DNA of 64,000 nt from Neodothiora populina (taxonomy: Eukaryota). The translations under genes and the position numbers were made by a program. Below the pieces are notes generated by a model. It saw only the letters and a list, made by a program, of their open reading frames with translations. It did not search any database and was not told where the DNA came from. Numbering within the stretch: position 1 is the first letter of the stretch; the number at the start of each line of letters is the position of its first letter. Where the stretch lies: NCBI RefSeq assembly GCF_041146345.1, contig NW_027191413.1, forward strand, positions 1-64,000. The letters run 5' to 3'. Positions 1 through 12,521 of the stretch are shown in pieces.

Positions 1-270
1 GTAGTTACCGCTTTCGGTTAGTGATAAAATGGGATTGATACAATCCCGTTTAAGAATTGTAGGTAGAATACTGGGTAGAATACTGGGTAGGTAATCACGG
101 AAGCTCTTGCAATCGCGCACGCGAATGCTTTTGTAACGACAACCCTAATCTGGATTCTCAGTCTAAAGCTATGTCTCTGCTGAAAATATCTCCGTTCCAG
201 GTCAACAACAACGGATGCTATCTTGATTCCTTTTAGTACCGTATCATCAACACCACTAGAAAGACAACTA

Positions 271-1365
271 CTAAAGTTGCACAGTGAGGCCTGTAATGGC
301 TGAGCCCAAGTAATCATTCCGAGAGAAGCCATAACTGTGATCAATAGTATAAGTGTAGGCACCGCTGTTTGTACCGGTGTATGTAGCGTAAGAGGCCGGT
401 AATGCTGTAGAATAGATCCTGCAATATTGACCCAGGGCAACGCCGTTTCGCAAGAGGAGGAAGGTATTGAAGAATTGACAGGCGATGCTTCCAGATGCTG
501 TCTGAGCATCGCAGACTGCGGAACACAAATTTGCATCGAATGGGCTGCTCAAGAAGACTTTTGTGCTGATTAGACTACTGTTGCCCGAACATGCCGAAGG
601 AGCATCGATGCTTGCTGTGCCGTAATAGTTCGGTGCGCTGTAGCCATCTGCGGACTGGATGGTCTTGTTGACATAGCCATTGGATCCAGCGATGACAACG
701 TGAAAGTTGCTCCTGTATTGGCCGCTGTTCTGCGCATTGCCCGCATTGACTGGGCCACCCCAGAAGACGCACTTGATCAAAGTTGTACTGGCTGGGTTAT
801 TGCAATTGGGTCCGGGGTTGACAGTAGGATCTCTCTCATAGTAGATGTTGAAAGCGGCACACGCGTTGATGGCATTACACTTGCTGGCACAGAGGTTGCT
901 GTCATACGACTTCAGAGCAGTATAGCCAAGATAGCCGTAGGCATTGTTTGAAGCGTTCAAGTTCTTGAATGTCTGGACGTATCCGGCAGGAACGGCGGCA
1001 GCGCTAGCAGAGCTCGCGAAAGGAGCATACGCCAAGAAAGCAGCTGCCGAGTCTGGGGAGGGTACAGGGCCATATCCGGTAGGTTGGACAACACAGGTCG
1101 TGGTGGCGCGCTTGTTGAGGACCGCAGTGGAGGTGACGTTTTGGGTGATCTCCGTAGAATTGAGGCTCACTGTGGCAGCAGAGTCCAGAGCAGCATCGGC
1201 AGCGGCATCGGTAGCGGCATCGACATCATAGGCAACGACCTGCTCAGTCAGATTCGAGGGCACTGTAATGTTTGCAGGAGTTGATAGAGTATCTATGAGG
1301 TCAAGATCGAGTGACTGAGCTTGAACTAGTGCAGCTACTGCTGAGAGGAGGATGAAATAACGCAT
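271..1365 (-). CDS. Secreted Cys-rich PAN/Apple-like domain protein (paralog 1), single exon
   Basis: 364 aa ORF with signal peptide MRYFILLSAVAALVQA and a Kex2-like LNKR site. Its motif CASKCNAINACAAFNIYYERDP..C.NP..KCVFWGG..NSGQYRSNFHVVIAGSNGY is shared with the genes at 30554 and 32241. Confidence 0.85.
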   Translation of the reverse strand: MRYFILLSAVAALVQAQSLDLDLIDTLSTPANITVPSNLTEQVVAYDVDAATDAAADAALDSAATVSLNSTEITQNVTSTAVLNKRATTTCVVQPTGYGPVPSPDSAAAFLAYAPFASSASAAAVPAGYVQTFKNLNASNNAYGYLGYTALKSYDSNLCASKCNAINACAAFNIYYERDPTVNPGPNCNNPASTTLIKCVFWGGPVNAGNAQNSGQYRSNFHVVIAGSNGYVNKTIQSADGYSAPNYYGTASIDAPSACSGNSSLISTKVFLSSPFDANLCSAVCDAQTASGSIACQFFNTFLLLRNGVALGQYCRIYSTALPASYATYTGTNSGAYTYTIDHSYGFSRNDYLGSAITGLTVQL

Positions 1366-2780
1366 GGTGGGTATTGAAATGCAGATCGGATCGTGCTCTC
1401 GACATGCCCTGGAGGAAGGCTCTCTATCTTTATACTCGACTCATTGTCGAGTGACGAAGAGGCGCTCCCGAGGTATGTCGATATCAACCCTACGCCCTAC
1501 TCTGTCACTTAACGGCCCACCATCTTCGATATTGTCAGCGGCCCAACGTGTTTGGTGCTGTTAGTGGCCCACCATCCCCGATGCTAGGGAAAGGCTGTTT
1601 CAGAGGAAGGACCATCACAAGCTGAAGGATGAACACGTAATGACGATCACCATCGGGATGAAGATAGATCCGAGATCTGTGGACGCGAAGCTATCGACAG
1701 CAGAAGAGAATATTTTAGTGCTTGACCATGGCTCGCTTGCGAGGCTCAGTCGGCATATCTGCCTAGAACAAGGTTCACCGTCTCTGCATGTCCTATTAGT
1801 CCGCACTGTCATGCCGAGTCAAATCATAGCATAGCACGATTTGTCCTGCCTCTTGTCTTGGCCGAACCTCGGCTCGCATGAAGTCGACACGAATACGAAG
1901 ACGAGAGTGCTAAGATTATAGCCGTTGTTTAGCAACGACAGTTGTCGGAGCCGCGCCCGATCGCCAACGTTCCACCGGTGGTTCCGTGCGCCCGCCCCAG
2001 GATCTGCTTAACCCTAAGAAACCGGTCGCGGAGAACGGAGATTAAAGTCGGATTGATTTAAGGTTCGAGCCGAAAGACGCCATCTGCAAAGCACTTTCGG
2101 AACGAGCGGACTTTGGTGGCTTCAAGCCCGCTTCTGCAACTAATAAGAAATGGGGCAAGCATTGACCTACCAGCTCGACCTCTGAGATCATATCCAAGCC
2201 GCACCACCATCAAATCGACCGGTCATTGAGATGCCCTAGGCTTCGTATTCCCAAGGCTGATACTCTGTGTCCATTTCCCTCCTAATTGGAGACACAGATC
2301 CATAATGCGGGCGACTAGTGTGCACTTAATCGGACATTCTGTATGCAAGATCTGAAGGTTCTCTAGTGCTTGGACCATGTACTCGATCAAGATTCTCCTG
2401 CAGGACAGGATCTAGGTGTAACTGCGCGAGGCACGTCCACCAAGGACGCTGACATACCCATCTTCAGCTCAGCCTTCATCGGAAAGTCATGGCTTCGAGC
2501 TACTATAGTCCTCGTTCCATCTCGGGAGAATGAGACATTGGTGATTACCAAATGTAGATCGCGATGTGGCATAAGCCCCACCCAACAATTTTGACATGCT
2601 TACGACATGATTGCATGTGCCTCCGCTGCGTCTTGTACTTCTCAACCACGCCAGAGAATCGAAAGCGTCACCTGGTGGTCCGAGGTCACAGTGCTTGAAC
2701 CAATGCTATAAATCCACGTGGTGCCGCTGTTGATAGGCACACCTTTGGCATCATTATCTCTCGTCAGTCTCTCTTCCACC

Positions 2781-4478
2781 ATGCTTGACACTCGGGCTTC
2801 CTTCGGGACATTTGTCTCTTCGCTTCTCCTCCTTGCGGGCTCTGCCAATGCAATGCCCGCTGGCAGCGGCACTGCCTTCCAGTCTGGAAGCAACAGTACA
2901 AGCTGGGTGGTCGGAATTCCCGTCAACACCACAAGCGGCCAAATTGTAGGCCACCCTGCACCCGTAGCGACAAATGTGTCCGAGTACCTGGCAATACCTT
3001 ATGCACAGCCTCCGGTCGGTAACCTACGCTTTGCTGCACCTCAGTCTTATACTGGGTCCGGTATAATCAACAGTACCTCTATGCCACTCAACTGCCCCCA
3101 GCCTGCCGTAGGCCTCCCGGGACTAACTTCTTATCCAACCGGGCAATTCATTGAATATCTACAAGCAGTCGGTACTGGATCCGATCCGAATACAAATGAG
3201 GATTGTTTGTTCCTTAACGTCTGGACCAAGCCGCAGTCTGGCGAGAAAAAGAAAGCGGTTATGATCTGGTTCTACCCGGGCGGTTTCCGATCCGGAGGAA
3301 TCAACAATCAAGGCTACAGTGGACAGTACTATGCGGAGGAGCACGATGTATGAAAACAGTTTCCAGTGCGCAGAACACGTCCGGTAACTAACTCGTAACT
3401 TCTAGGTCATCGTTGTCGCTTTCAACTACCGTGTGGCTGCACTTGGCTTCTCTGGTGCTCCAGGTCTTGTCCAAAATGTGGGTCTGCTTGATCAAAGACT
3501 TGCGGTTGAGTGGGTCAGGGACAACATCGCGGCTTTCGGGGGAGATGTCGACCGTATAACGCTTTGGGGAGAGTCAGCTGGAGCCGCGAGTATTGATTAC
3601 TACAATTATGCCTGGACCCATGACCCGATCATCGCTGGTACGATCATGGAGTCCGGGAGCACCAATCTTGGTGGAGCAATTAGTAGCGTCACCGCAACTA
3701 CTCTCTGGAATTCCCTTGTCTTCACTGCTGGCTGCATGATTGGTAGCAACGACCAGCAGCTAGCGTGTATGCGCACGATCCCGGTTGCTGATCTCATTGG
3801 TTTCACCGTTACTGTCAGTGGGGGTGGATACGCATTCAATCCCGTCGTCGACGTGAGTCTCGTGGTCATGTCCAAGGTACTTCCAAATGCTGACACATGT
3901 CTTAGAACAAGATAGTCTTCCAGGACTATACCAGTCTCCAAAGCCAGGGAGCCTTTATTCAGAAACCAGCCTTGGTCGGGAGCAATGAGAATGAGGCAGC
4001 ATGGTTCAAGCTTACCAAGGGCAACAACCAACCAGAGGCTTATTACACAGCAGTTACGCTAAGTCTGTTCACCTGCGTTACAAGAAACCTGGCTACCATC
4101 CGCAAACAATTCACTGTTCCTGCATGGCGCTACCGTTTCTACCCCACGTTCCCAGATACCACTCACCCTTACAACTCGACCATCGCAATGCACACGTCCG
4201 AGGTACCACTCGTTTGGGGCACGTACGATGTCATAAAAACCGTGGCCAGTACTGCGGAAGAGCGATCGCTCAGTGCTGCTATGATGGCCTACTGGGCTGC
4301 TTTTGTAAAAAACCCTACTTCTGGCTTGACCGCTGCTGGCTGGCCGGTATTCGATCCTTCTTCCAGCTCCAAGTCCCTGGCACTCTTCGGCTACAACAAC
4401 GACTTTACCAACGTCACATTCACCACTGCTGACAGTTATGACAACGGCTGCTCAAGCGTCAAGGCTTACTGCTCTTAG
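2781..4478 (+). CDS. Secreted type-B carboxylesterase/cholinesterase-like hydrolase (3 exons)
   Basis: Signal peptide and motifs IPYAQPPVGNLRF, EDCLFLNVW, GLLDQRLAVEWV, GESAG nucleophile and catalytic H in MHTSEV. Introns 3348-3405 and 3853-3905 (GT..AG) join the three ORFs in frame. Confidence 0.9.
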
Positions 4479-5129
4479 ATGACAGCGGATGTTGCCGACC
4501 TGTTCTCTACCTTTGTGCTGGAGACTCTTCACCATGGAAAAGCTGGGATCGTTGTGTAGCCTAGAAGCATCTTTCTATCAGTGCCGGTCATAAAGATTCT
4601 GTCATTCTATAGATACTTGAGCCTTGTATAAGACGCTGCACACATGTGAAATGGCAATATCCGGCAAACAGTGGAATCCGAGGCCCTGCTAATTGTAAGA
4701 CCATATGTGAGTGCAATAATCTTGCAGGCTGGAATTAGTGATGAGGCGACCTCCAAGCCACCAAGCCATGTTCACAGTCTGACTAGGCTTCTTGCCTAAG
4801 GAATTCATTATGAAGACGTTCCTCGATTCCTACTTTAATCTTGTTTCAACAACCAGATTTACGTGCAAGAACCAGTGAACCTGTTTACCTCCGCCAATCG
4901 TTGGCGCAACTGCTTAGATGATTCGTGACAGTGTACGATCGCTTGCGAGCAAGACACCTTAACGCAAGGACAGGACTCAATACGCAGCATGCAGCCAGTC
5001 AACACGCAGTCTCTTGCAACAACACATATATCAGACTTCCACCTCAGATTTTCTATGAGTGCGGAATATCTGTGATACATGTCTCAGCATGCGATCATCG
5101 GGCTGGCCAACCAGGCACCGGTTGCACGA

Positions 5130-5165
5130 GCGACCCGAGCAAACAGCGACCCGAGCAAACAGCGA
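5130..5165. repeat. Short tandem duplication (GCGACCCGAGCAAACA x2)
   Basis: Direct 16-bp repeat read in the sequence. Confidence 0.6.
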
Positions 5166-6505
5166 TCCTCGCGGGCGGTCAAAGGACAGCCGCCCAAAGG
5201 TGCAAGTGCCGAAGCAGGATGGTACAGCCATTCCATCGATGCTAAAAAGCATCTCCAAAGCTTTTTCAGCGTACCTTCAAATTCAACCTTAATTCTCGGG
5301 TTGTTCACTTTAGCTTATTACCTCGATCCTAGCAAAGACATCTTCTAAGCCCCCCTCAGGGGGTTAGGAGGGCAATTCTGAGTATACGGCCTTAGTAATT
5401 ACCCGTGCCTATAGAATATTTCCCGTGCGTGCGGGAGCGTTACCTAACAGACTAGTAGGTACGATGGTTAGTCCTTTGAGGTACGAGAATGCTCCTTAGC
5501 ATCTTTGATCGGAGCATGGAGAGGAGTCTATCCGCAGCGGCAGCTACTGCAGGAGCTGGAGCTTAAGTACGAGTCCCTTCGTCACTCTGGTTCCCGCGAA
5601 CGCAGCAGTACCAGCTTCGCTCGGGGACAACGAACGCCCGAAGCCGGGTGTCTGCCCTACGGGTTAGTCGACCGCGTTTCTGATGCAGGTAGATAGAACC
5701 CTAAAATATACCCTAATTTTCCCAACACTAATAACAGGCAAAAGTAGGCACAAACATTGTTGCTGTACACAAAAAGTACCGACAAATGCCGTGGCCAAAA
5801 GTTCTCGACTCAGAAGCACCTTCAAGCAGTATTTTTGCATCGTAGCTTGACAATTCAATATTACTCTTATAGTATTTTGATCTGGTACACAGAATATATA
5901 CTTATATGCAAAGGGCATAAATCGATTCTACCCTATTTACCAAATTCGACGTGTCGGGTTTCAACATTCGTACCTTGACCTACCTTCAAAGTTTGACGTA
6001 ATCAAAAAGATGGACTTAACCTACCTTCATCTACCTTTAAACTTCAACATAGTTGAAAGAAACTGGATTCACTAAGGATCGAAGCGGTGCGCAGAATTTA
6101 CTTCACGATGGCGATGGTAGCTCTATGTTCCGTACTGACTCGCTCCGCCAGCAGCTTGAATGTTGCCTGTGCGCACAGCTAGCAGCAGCTTGTGTGTCTC
6201 CATCTCCGTCCTTAGCACAATGCCGACTTTTTTTCACGGCCACGTAAAGACCAAGCTTTTATGGACGACTTTACACTTCATCTATCGCTGGTAGGCTACT
6301 TGATTTGTCAAGATGGCCACCATCTACGATACAAGTTTCACTTGTTTGTGGATGTCCGAGTTGGCAGACTCGCTTTGCAACATATAAGAGTGACTGTGCT
6401 GCTCACGACTTGGAAGCATGTTTCATCACCGACCAATATTCGATTTTTTACATACCTTCATTACCGACCAAGATTCAATCGTTTACATACTAAACTGGTT
6501 TCCCC

Positions 6506-8475
6506 ATGGTCCCCTCGTTCTGGAAGATGCAGTACCTCTTGCCCCTTGCTCTCCTCGCCGCTTCGGCAGAGGCTATTCCCTTGAAGGCACCAAGATGGCT
6601 TCCCAATAGCTTTTGGGCTGCTGCTTTCCCTCCTCAAGGAATGCCACACACGAACGTTCCAAACGCCACCACCACGCAAGGGGCTGACATGCCTGTCATT
6701 GATTTGGGATACTCTGTGCAGAAGGCTTTCTACCACAATGTGCGGCCATCTGCGTTTCCGTAACTGCGAACGCACAACGACTGACTCTTTTCACAGGAAG
6801 CGGTTGGTTACTACGAGTTTACCAACATTCCTTATGCAGCACCACCAGTTGGAAACCTCCGTTGGAGAGCACCTCAGCCCCCTCCCGTCAATCGCACCAC
6901 AAACGTTGGCGGAGGCACTCTCGGCTGCTACGCTGGAGTAGCAGGCTGGGGCAGGACTGCTGCCTACAACCTGTACAATCAAGGCATTGATGTCAGCTTG
7001 TAAGTGTACTCGGAAATTACATCATGAAACGAGTCGTAGCTGACACAATCTATTCAGCCTCGCCGCATTGAATGGAGCCGGTTCCTACAGCGAGGATTGT
7101 CTCAAGGTGGATGTTTACGTCCCAGAGTCCGTGAACAAGAACAAATTGTGGCAGAAAGTTCCCGTCATCGTTGACATCCACGGCGGTGGCTACATCGGTG
7201 GACACAAAGGAATGGTTGATCCTTCAGGCCTCCTTGCCGCCGGCGTCGCTGCAGGCCAACCATTCATCTTCGTGGCTCCCAACTACCGTGTAAGCCTCAA
7301 CATAAAATTCGGACAGTTTACCGGACAGTGGCTAATATTTATCCAGCTCGGTGCATTTGGCTTTTTGGGTGGTGCCGGAGTCCAGGCTGATGGTGTTGCC
7401 AACGCCGGGCTCTTGGATCAAAGATTTGCCTTAAACTGGGTGAAGCAATACATCTGGGCGTTCGGAGGTGACCCAACCAGAATCACAGTGCTCGGTGAAT
7501 CTGCTGGTGCTAGTTCCATTGGCTTCCAGCTTGGTGCTGTCGGATCTTACGGCCCCACGCCATTCGGAAAAGCTATTATTCAAAGTCCGGTACGTGCAAC
7601 ATTTATTTGGTGCTACTTGCTTACATGCTGACATGAGATAAATGTAGGCTGCGCTCCCGCTGAGCTATGCCGTGGCTACCAATGACACACAGCAGTTCTT
7701 GGCCAAGTTGGGTGTGAAAGACATCGGTAGTGCTCGTAGCATGAACACGGCCGCCATCCAGGCAGCTAATCTGGCCCTCGTTGGTTCCGCATCATATGGT
7801 ACTGACTTTTTTGGCCCTTCTGTCGACAACACGTTTGTCAAAGCCCCACTTCCTCGAATTTGGTTGAACGGAAACTTCGACAGGTCCATCCCTCTGATCA
7901 CAGCTCACAATGGCAACGAAGGGGCACTGTTCTCCCCCGCTTCAGTCACCTCGGACGCCGCCTTTATAGCCTACGTCAAGACTGTCTACAACGGAGCTCC
8001 TGATCACGTCATCAACACCATTGCCAATCAAATCTATCCTTCTCCTTCAAATAGCAGTTCGAGCCTGCCGTACACAACTCAGGCACAACGTGCTACAGTG
8101 TTCGTAGCTGACGCTTTTGTCAACTGCAACTCTTACGCCCTTGACAAAGGCTCGAACGGTTGGAACTTCAACTACAACTTCAACACCCCTAGCCAGTTGG
8201 ACGCCATCCATGGTTCTGATCAACTATACAACTTCTACAACAACGGCTCGAGTCCTAAAGTCAATGCTACAGTCGCTATAACCATGCAGTCCACCTTCAT
8301 CAACTTTGCATACAACGGATTTGCTGGAGCAAAGAATCAGCCTTCGATGCCTAGATACGGTGCTGCCGGACAAGCTCTGAGTCTCACATCTACAGGCTAT
8401 ACTGTCGTGGCTGATCCTGTTGCTAACGCTAGATGCCAATACCTTGCTAGCTACGCACCATATGTCGCTAAATAA
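6506..8475 (+). CDS. Secreted type-B carboxylesterase/lipase (multi-exon; start at 6506 or 6527)
   Basis: Signal peptide, NIPYAAPPVGNLRW, SEDCLKVDVY, HGGGY, NAGLLDQRFALNWV, GESAG and AIHGSD. GT-AG introns, e.g. 6740-6796. Confidence 0.9.
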
Positions 8476-9147
8476 GATCTATATACAGTCGGACATGGTC
8501 GTGGAATCATCTAGTATACAGACTAAAGGGTCAAGGAAACCTTACGATTTAGGACGCCTAGGCTTAATGTGAAAGTTATAGTATCCTAGACTTAGTCTTA
8601 TTACTATATATGAACTCAATAGTAGATATTACACTATCTTTTATTCTACCTATTGTTTTCTACATATATGGGAGTAGTTCCTGTCTATTACCACTTGATC
8701 AATTAATTGAGCTACCAGATAAATACTAGTAAATCTTGAAAATATACATCTTATAGTAGTGGAAGGATGTCTACGATTTTGTATCAGAAGTAGTATATAA
8801 ATCGAGTTTTGCCCTCCCCTTTAGATGCATCGTGGGCTTGTCGAATACTCTTCATGAACACCCGTAGAGGAAGAAGAGGATGAGTGACGAACGATCGGTA
8901 GTAGAGTAAACGTCAAATATGACAAGATTCGCCATAAGCGCCAAGGTATAGTAGCCATTGCTTGCGTAAGGAAATTGTTGGTGATTGTAGAGACCGTTAT
9001 CTCTGAAGCGACTTCTAGCGCTGTAACTCCTGCTCGATCGTTGACTTGAGGATTCCAATCATTGTGTTTCTCCCCGTTTTTTTCCCCAGATCTCTGGTCT
9101 CCTACGGGAGCAGGTTGTACAGGGGCTCAGCAGTCGCCGCGCTTATA

Positions 9148-9240
9148 TTAAGGTTGACCCGTTAAGGTTGACCCGTCAAAGTTGACAGCTTCGATTAGTG
9201 TATCACACACCCGGCTTCGGCTTCGGCTTCGGCTTCAGCC
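9148..9240. repeat. Tandem repeats: TAAGGTTGACCCGT x2 plus a variant, and (GGCTTC)4
   Basis: Read directly. On the minus strand (GGCTTC)n reads KPKPKP at the end of a stop-interrupted ORF (9290-9658). Confidence 0.55.
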
Positions 9241-10051
9241 ACTCCCGGCATGCCTCTGAAGCTCAGAGATGGAAGATGTATTATGTTCTTCAATGTGCCA
9301 TGAACTGCGGCCACTTTCCGTCATCATCATAGCACGCAGTTCGGAAAGGCATGTAACAACGTATGGATCGCTCGAAAGCAATAGTCTGCTCGTAGCCAAA
9401 GCTATTCGTTGTCCTATTGCTATTAGGTTGATGGCGACACAGGATCCTATCAGGTGCGACGCGGACTCGCCTAATGCGTACGCCAAGCGAGTCACGTGCG
9501 GTATTCAGTTCTACGGCGATGTATCCTGTTACATATATAGCTACCTTTTTAAAAGAATCAAGGGCTATTCGAATTATAAGGATACTAGTAAATAAAGACG
9601 TAATAAGTACGAATAATAAGGGTAAGTATATATCAAATAAATAGCTAGGAAGTAGCATGCTCTTTATATGCTCCTTTCTCTATATAGTATTATCAGTGTG
9701 CGTACTAAGCCTCGCTTCTAGGCCGTAAGGTCCTCGCACACCTCCCGAACCTACCTCGCATAGTGCGTACAGTGTGCGGATTGTCACAGCTTCCAAGGTC
9801 GAGTATAACTATGTGACATTCTCACTCATAGAAGTATGCTAAGCTTTAATATCTGAACATAAACGGAAATAAAGGGTTATACGCTAGTAAGTCAAGTATG
9901 CTGAGGTGTATCTAAAGTTGACTACTAAGGTATATCCAGCTTCGCAACCTCTAGTGCAGATAAGGCCTCTCACGCTGTGACAACTCCAAAAATTCAGCGC
10001 AGTAGCTTAGATATTCCCATACTTATCACGGCTGCAGTAAGCCCAGTTGAT

Positions 10052-11857
10052 TTACTCAATTGTGTGGCCATGATCTTCTATTCTCTCTTCTAACTCAACG
10101 ACATCTACCTCCTTCTTTTCATCTACGATGTGTTGAGGAGGAATAACACCAACTTCTGTAAAGTAATTGGAGTCTTTGACGCACTTAAGTACAAGGAAGA
10201 ACATAATGGGGAATGAAACGATCATGAGGCAGGTTTGGAACAAAGTCTGAGCGCTGTGGTACGTTAGTAATGCCTCATGCTGTAATAGGAATAGGTGAGA
10301 CTTACAGGTAAGACGTTCCTGCGGCTTCCATGCCAAAGGCCACGCAAAGACCAGCGCTGAGCATGCCCTTGAAGAACCCACCATAGCGGGCGAGTAGACG
10401 AGGCTCATTGCTGAAGGCGCTGATGACCCACATGACCATCATCTGGTCAATAGCATAGGCGATTCCGGTAAAAATGATAACAAAAAGAAACTCGATGAAG
10501 GGGCCATCGGTCCAATCCCACTCAGGACTTTCGACATCACGCTTAAGCCCATGCTTCAACTGGACTGCGATTGCAAGGGCCCAACTGACTGCAACGATGA
10601 CTCCAGAGATGGTCAAGGCCATTGTTCCACGGACGCGTCTCTTGAATCTGTCGTTATCGAGGACCCAGCCAAAGGCCAAAGTCGAGGGAATCTGGACACC
10701 CCAGAAAATGATACTGTTCAGCGAGCGGGTACGCAGATTGAACGAATAAGCGCTGATAGTAGGGATCAGTGAAGACGACATTTCAGTCGCGAACATAGGA
10801 ATTATTAATAGAATAATCCGCCTGTTCCATTGTTGTCAGCTTGCTCTGGTATTCAACAAGGCGCGGAGCAACATGGGGCGTTACTCACCAGTCCTTCAAG
10901 AGTTCAACGCATCCCATGAATTCGTTGCGAAAGTCAGTAGCCACAAATTCGGCCAGATGAGTTCCATCAGGACGAACAACGTGCTCGGGAGACACGATAC
11001 CAAGAGCGCTAGTCGACCAAGTCAATACAAATACAATGGTGTTCATATCTCAGATAACTTTACCTAACAACAGCTGCAGAAGTCATGATGACAATGAAGG
11101 AAATGTAGACCGAAGTAGGAACTCCGCTGATCGAGGTGACGTCTTTGGTGATCCCGAAAACGATGAGAGCACCTACTGTGCAACCAACCCCCAAAAGAAG
11201 TAGTTGCCAGGCAATGTAGGAACCCTTGTCTTTTTCCTCGGCGTACGCAAACTGACTAAAACACATGCATGTCAATACGTTGTAAATAACAAGTAATGCT
11301 GACCAAGGGTCAATTTTTTGGACTTACATGAATCCGGAGACGGTCCACAAAAGACCGGCAGAAATGCCCAATATGATTCCACCAGCCAAAGCAAAGCCTG
11401 GCGTACCAGTGGAATCATAATGCCATAGACCACCAACGAAGATAGGATAACCGAGAACACCGAGCTATTGATATAGTCAGCCACTAGAGGAGGGATACTC
11501 AGCAGAGATGCTCACAGTCATAGTCCACTTGGGCCCCAGCGTGTTCATAATACTGCCGCCAAAGAATCCACTAATTGTGAAGACTGCGTAAAGTGTCGTG
11601 TAGGTGATTACATTGTAATGCGCAGCAGATGGACTGCCGCCACCAGCACCGAGGCCTATAAAGATGAATATTTGACCGCGAATCCATATCGAAGGTCACA
11701 TACCAACCAAGGCAAGGTAAATGCCAACGGTGAGGAAAAGTATGATGCCAGACAAGAAGTTCTGGGTCCATGGGCTATGGAATGTTAGATCTAATGTATT
11801 TGGAAAAAAATGACAATGAGTATCAACGGACCGGACCAGCCAAAGTGGTCTGTACAT
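10052..11857 (-). CDS. UNC-93-like (DUF895) MFS membrane transporter, many introns
   Basis: Spliced reading gives ..QNFLSGIILFLTVGIYLALVGLGAGGG..FAYAEEKDKG..FNLRTRSLN..ARYGGFFKG, with multiple TM segments. The start at 11857 is inferred. Confidence 0.8.
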
Positions 11858-12089
11858 ATTCGCTTAAGTGACTGAGTCTGGTAACAGCAAAATCGAACAG
11901 CTTTGAAAGAGGGTATAATTTGTTGGAAGGTGAGAGGGTCATCTGGACTGCCCTTATACCGGCTCTGCGCAACCGTCTTATATACAAACTCGTGGTGTCT
12001 TTCAAGACTACTGAAGTATAAGGTTCACTCTCAGTTGGAATCCAACCACCACTATCATTGCGTTGGTTTTGCGCTACCGAGACCGACAG

Positions 12090-12163
12090 GCGGGGCACCC
12101 TGTACGCGCCTACTCTACCCCGCAATCCCAGTGCGTACCCCAGTACCCCAGGACATACCCCAG
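12090..12163. promoter_or_regulatory. Cluster of five CreA/Mig1-type SYGGRG motifs in the divergent promoter
   Basis: GCGGGG at 12090, CCCCGC at 12118 and CCCCAG at 12138, 12146 and 12158. Confidence 0.4.
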
Positions 12164-12521
12164 TATCCTATCTCGGTATGGTTTGACTTTCGCTACAGCC
12201 CGCCAATCAGAAGCTTTTGGCGCCTGTGCAGGATCGACTTATGCACCGTTCCATCCATATAGGCTCGAGCCTCGCCAGCTCGAGTTAGGGCTGATAAACC
12301 TTATTAATGTTGGCACTGGCATTGAAGCAGAGCCGGCACACCATCGGTACTTGTCTTAACCGAGGAAAGAAAGAACGTCCCCAGTTCCAACCGAGGATAG
12401 TCGGTATTGTCCCAGCTATTGGTATGAGTATGATATGTGCTACAGCGCAGGATGCGATTCCCATCTTTCGTAGATTTGATGAAAAAAGCTCACTGGCGTC
12501 ATCAGATATTCTCTATTTACC

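Noticed and set aside
62..90. GGTAGAATACTG tandem repeat and ORF 18-536
   Set aside because: A short duplication in a probable 3' UTR. The ORF is an alternate-frame overlap of the real gene.
9148..9240. Repeats as a CRISPR array or transposon terminal inverted repeat
   Set aside because: No spacers, eukaryotic context, and no matching inverted partner found.
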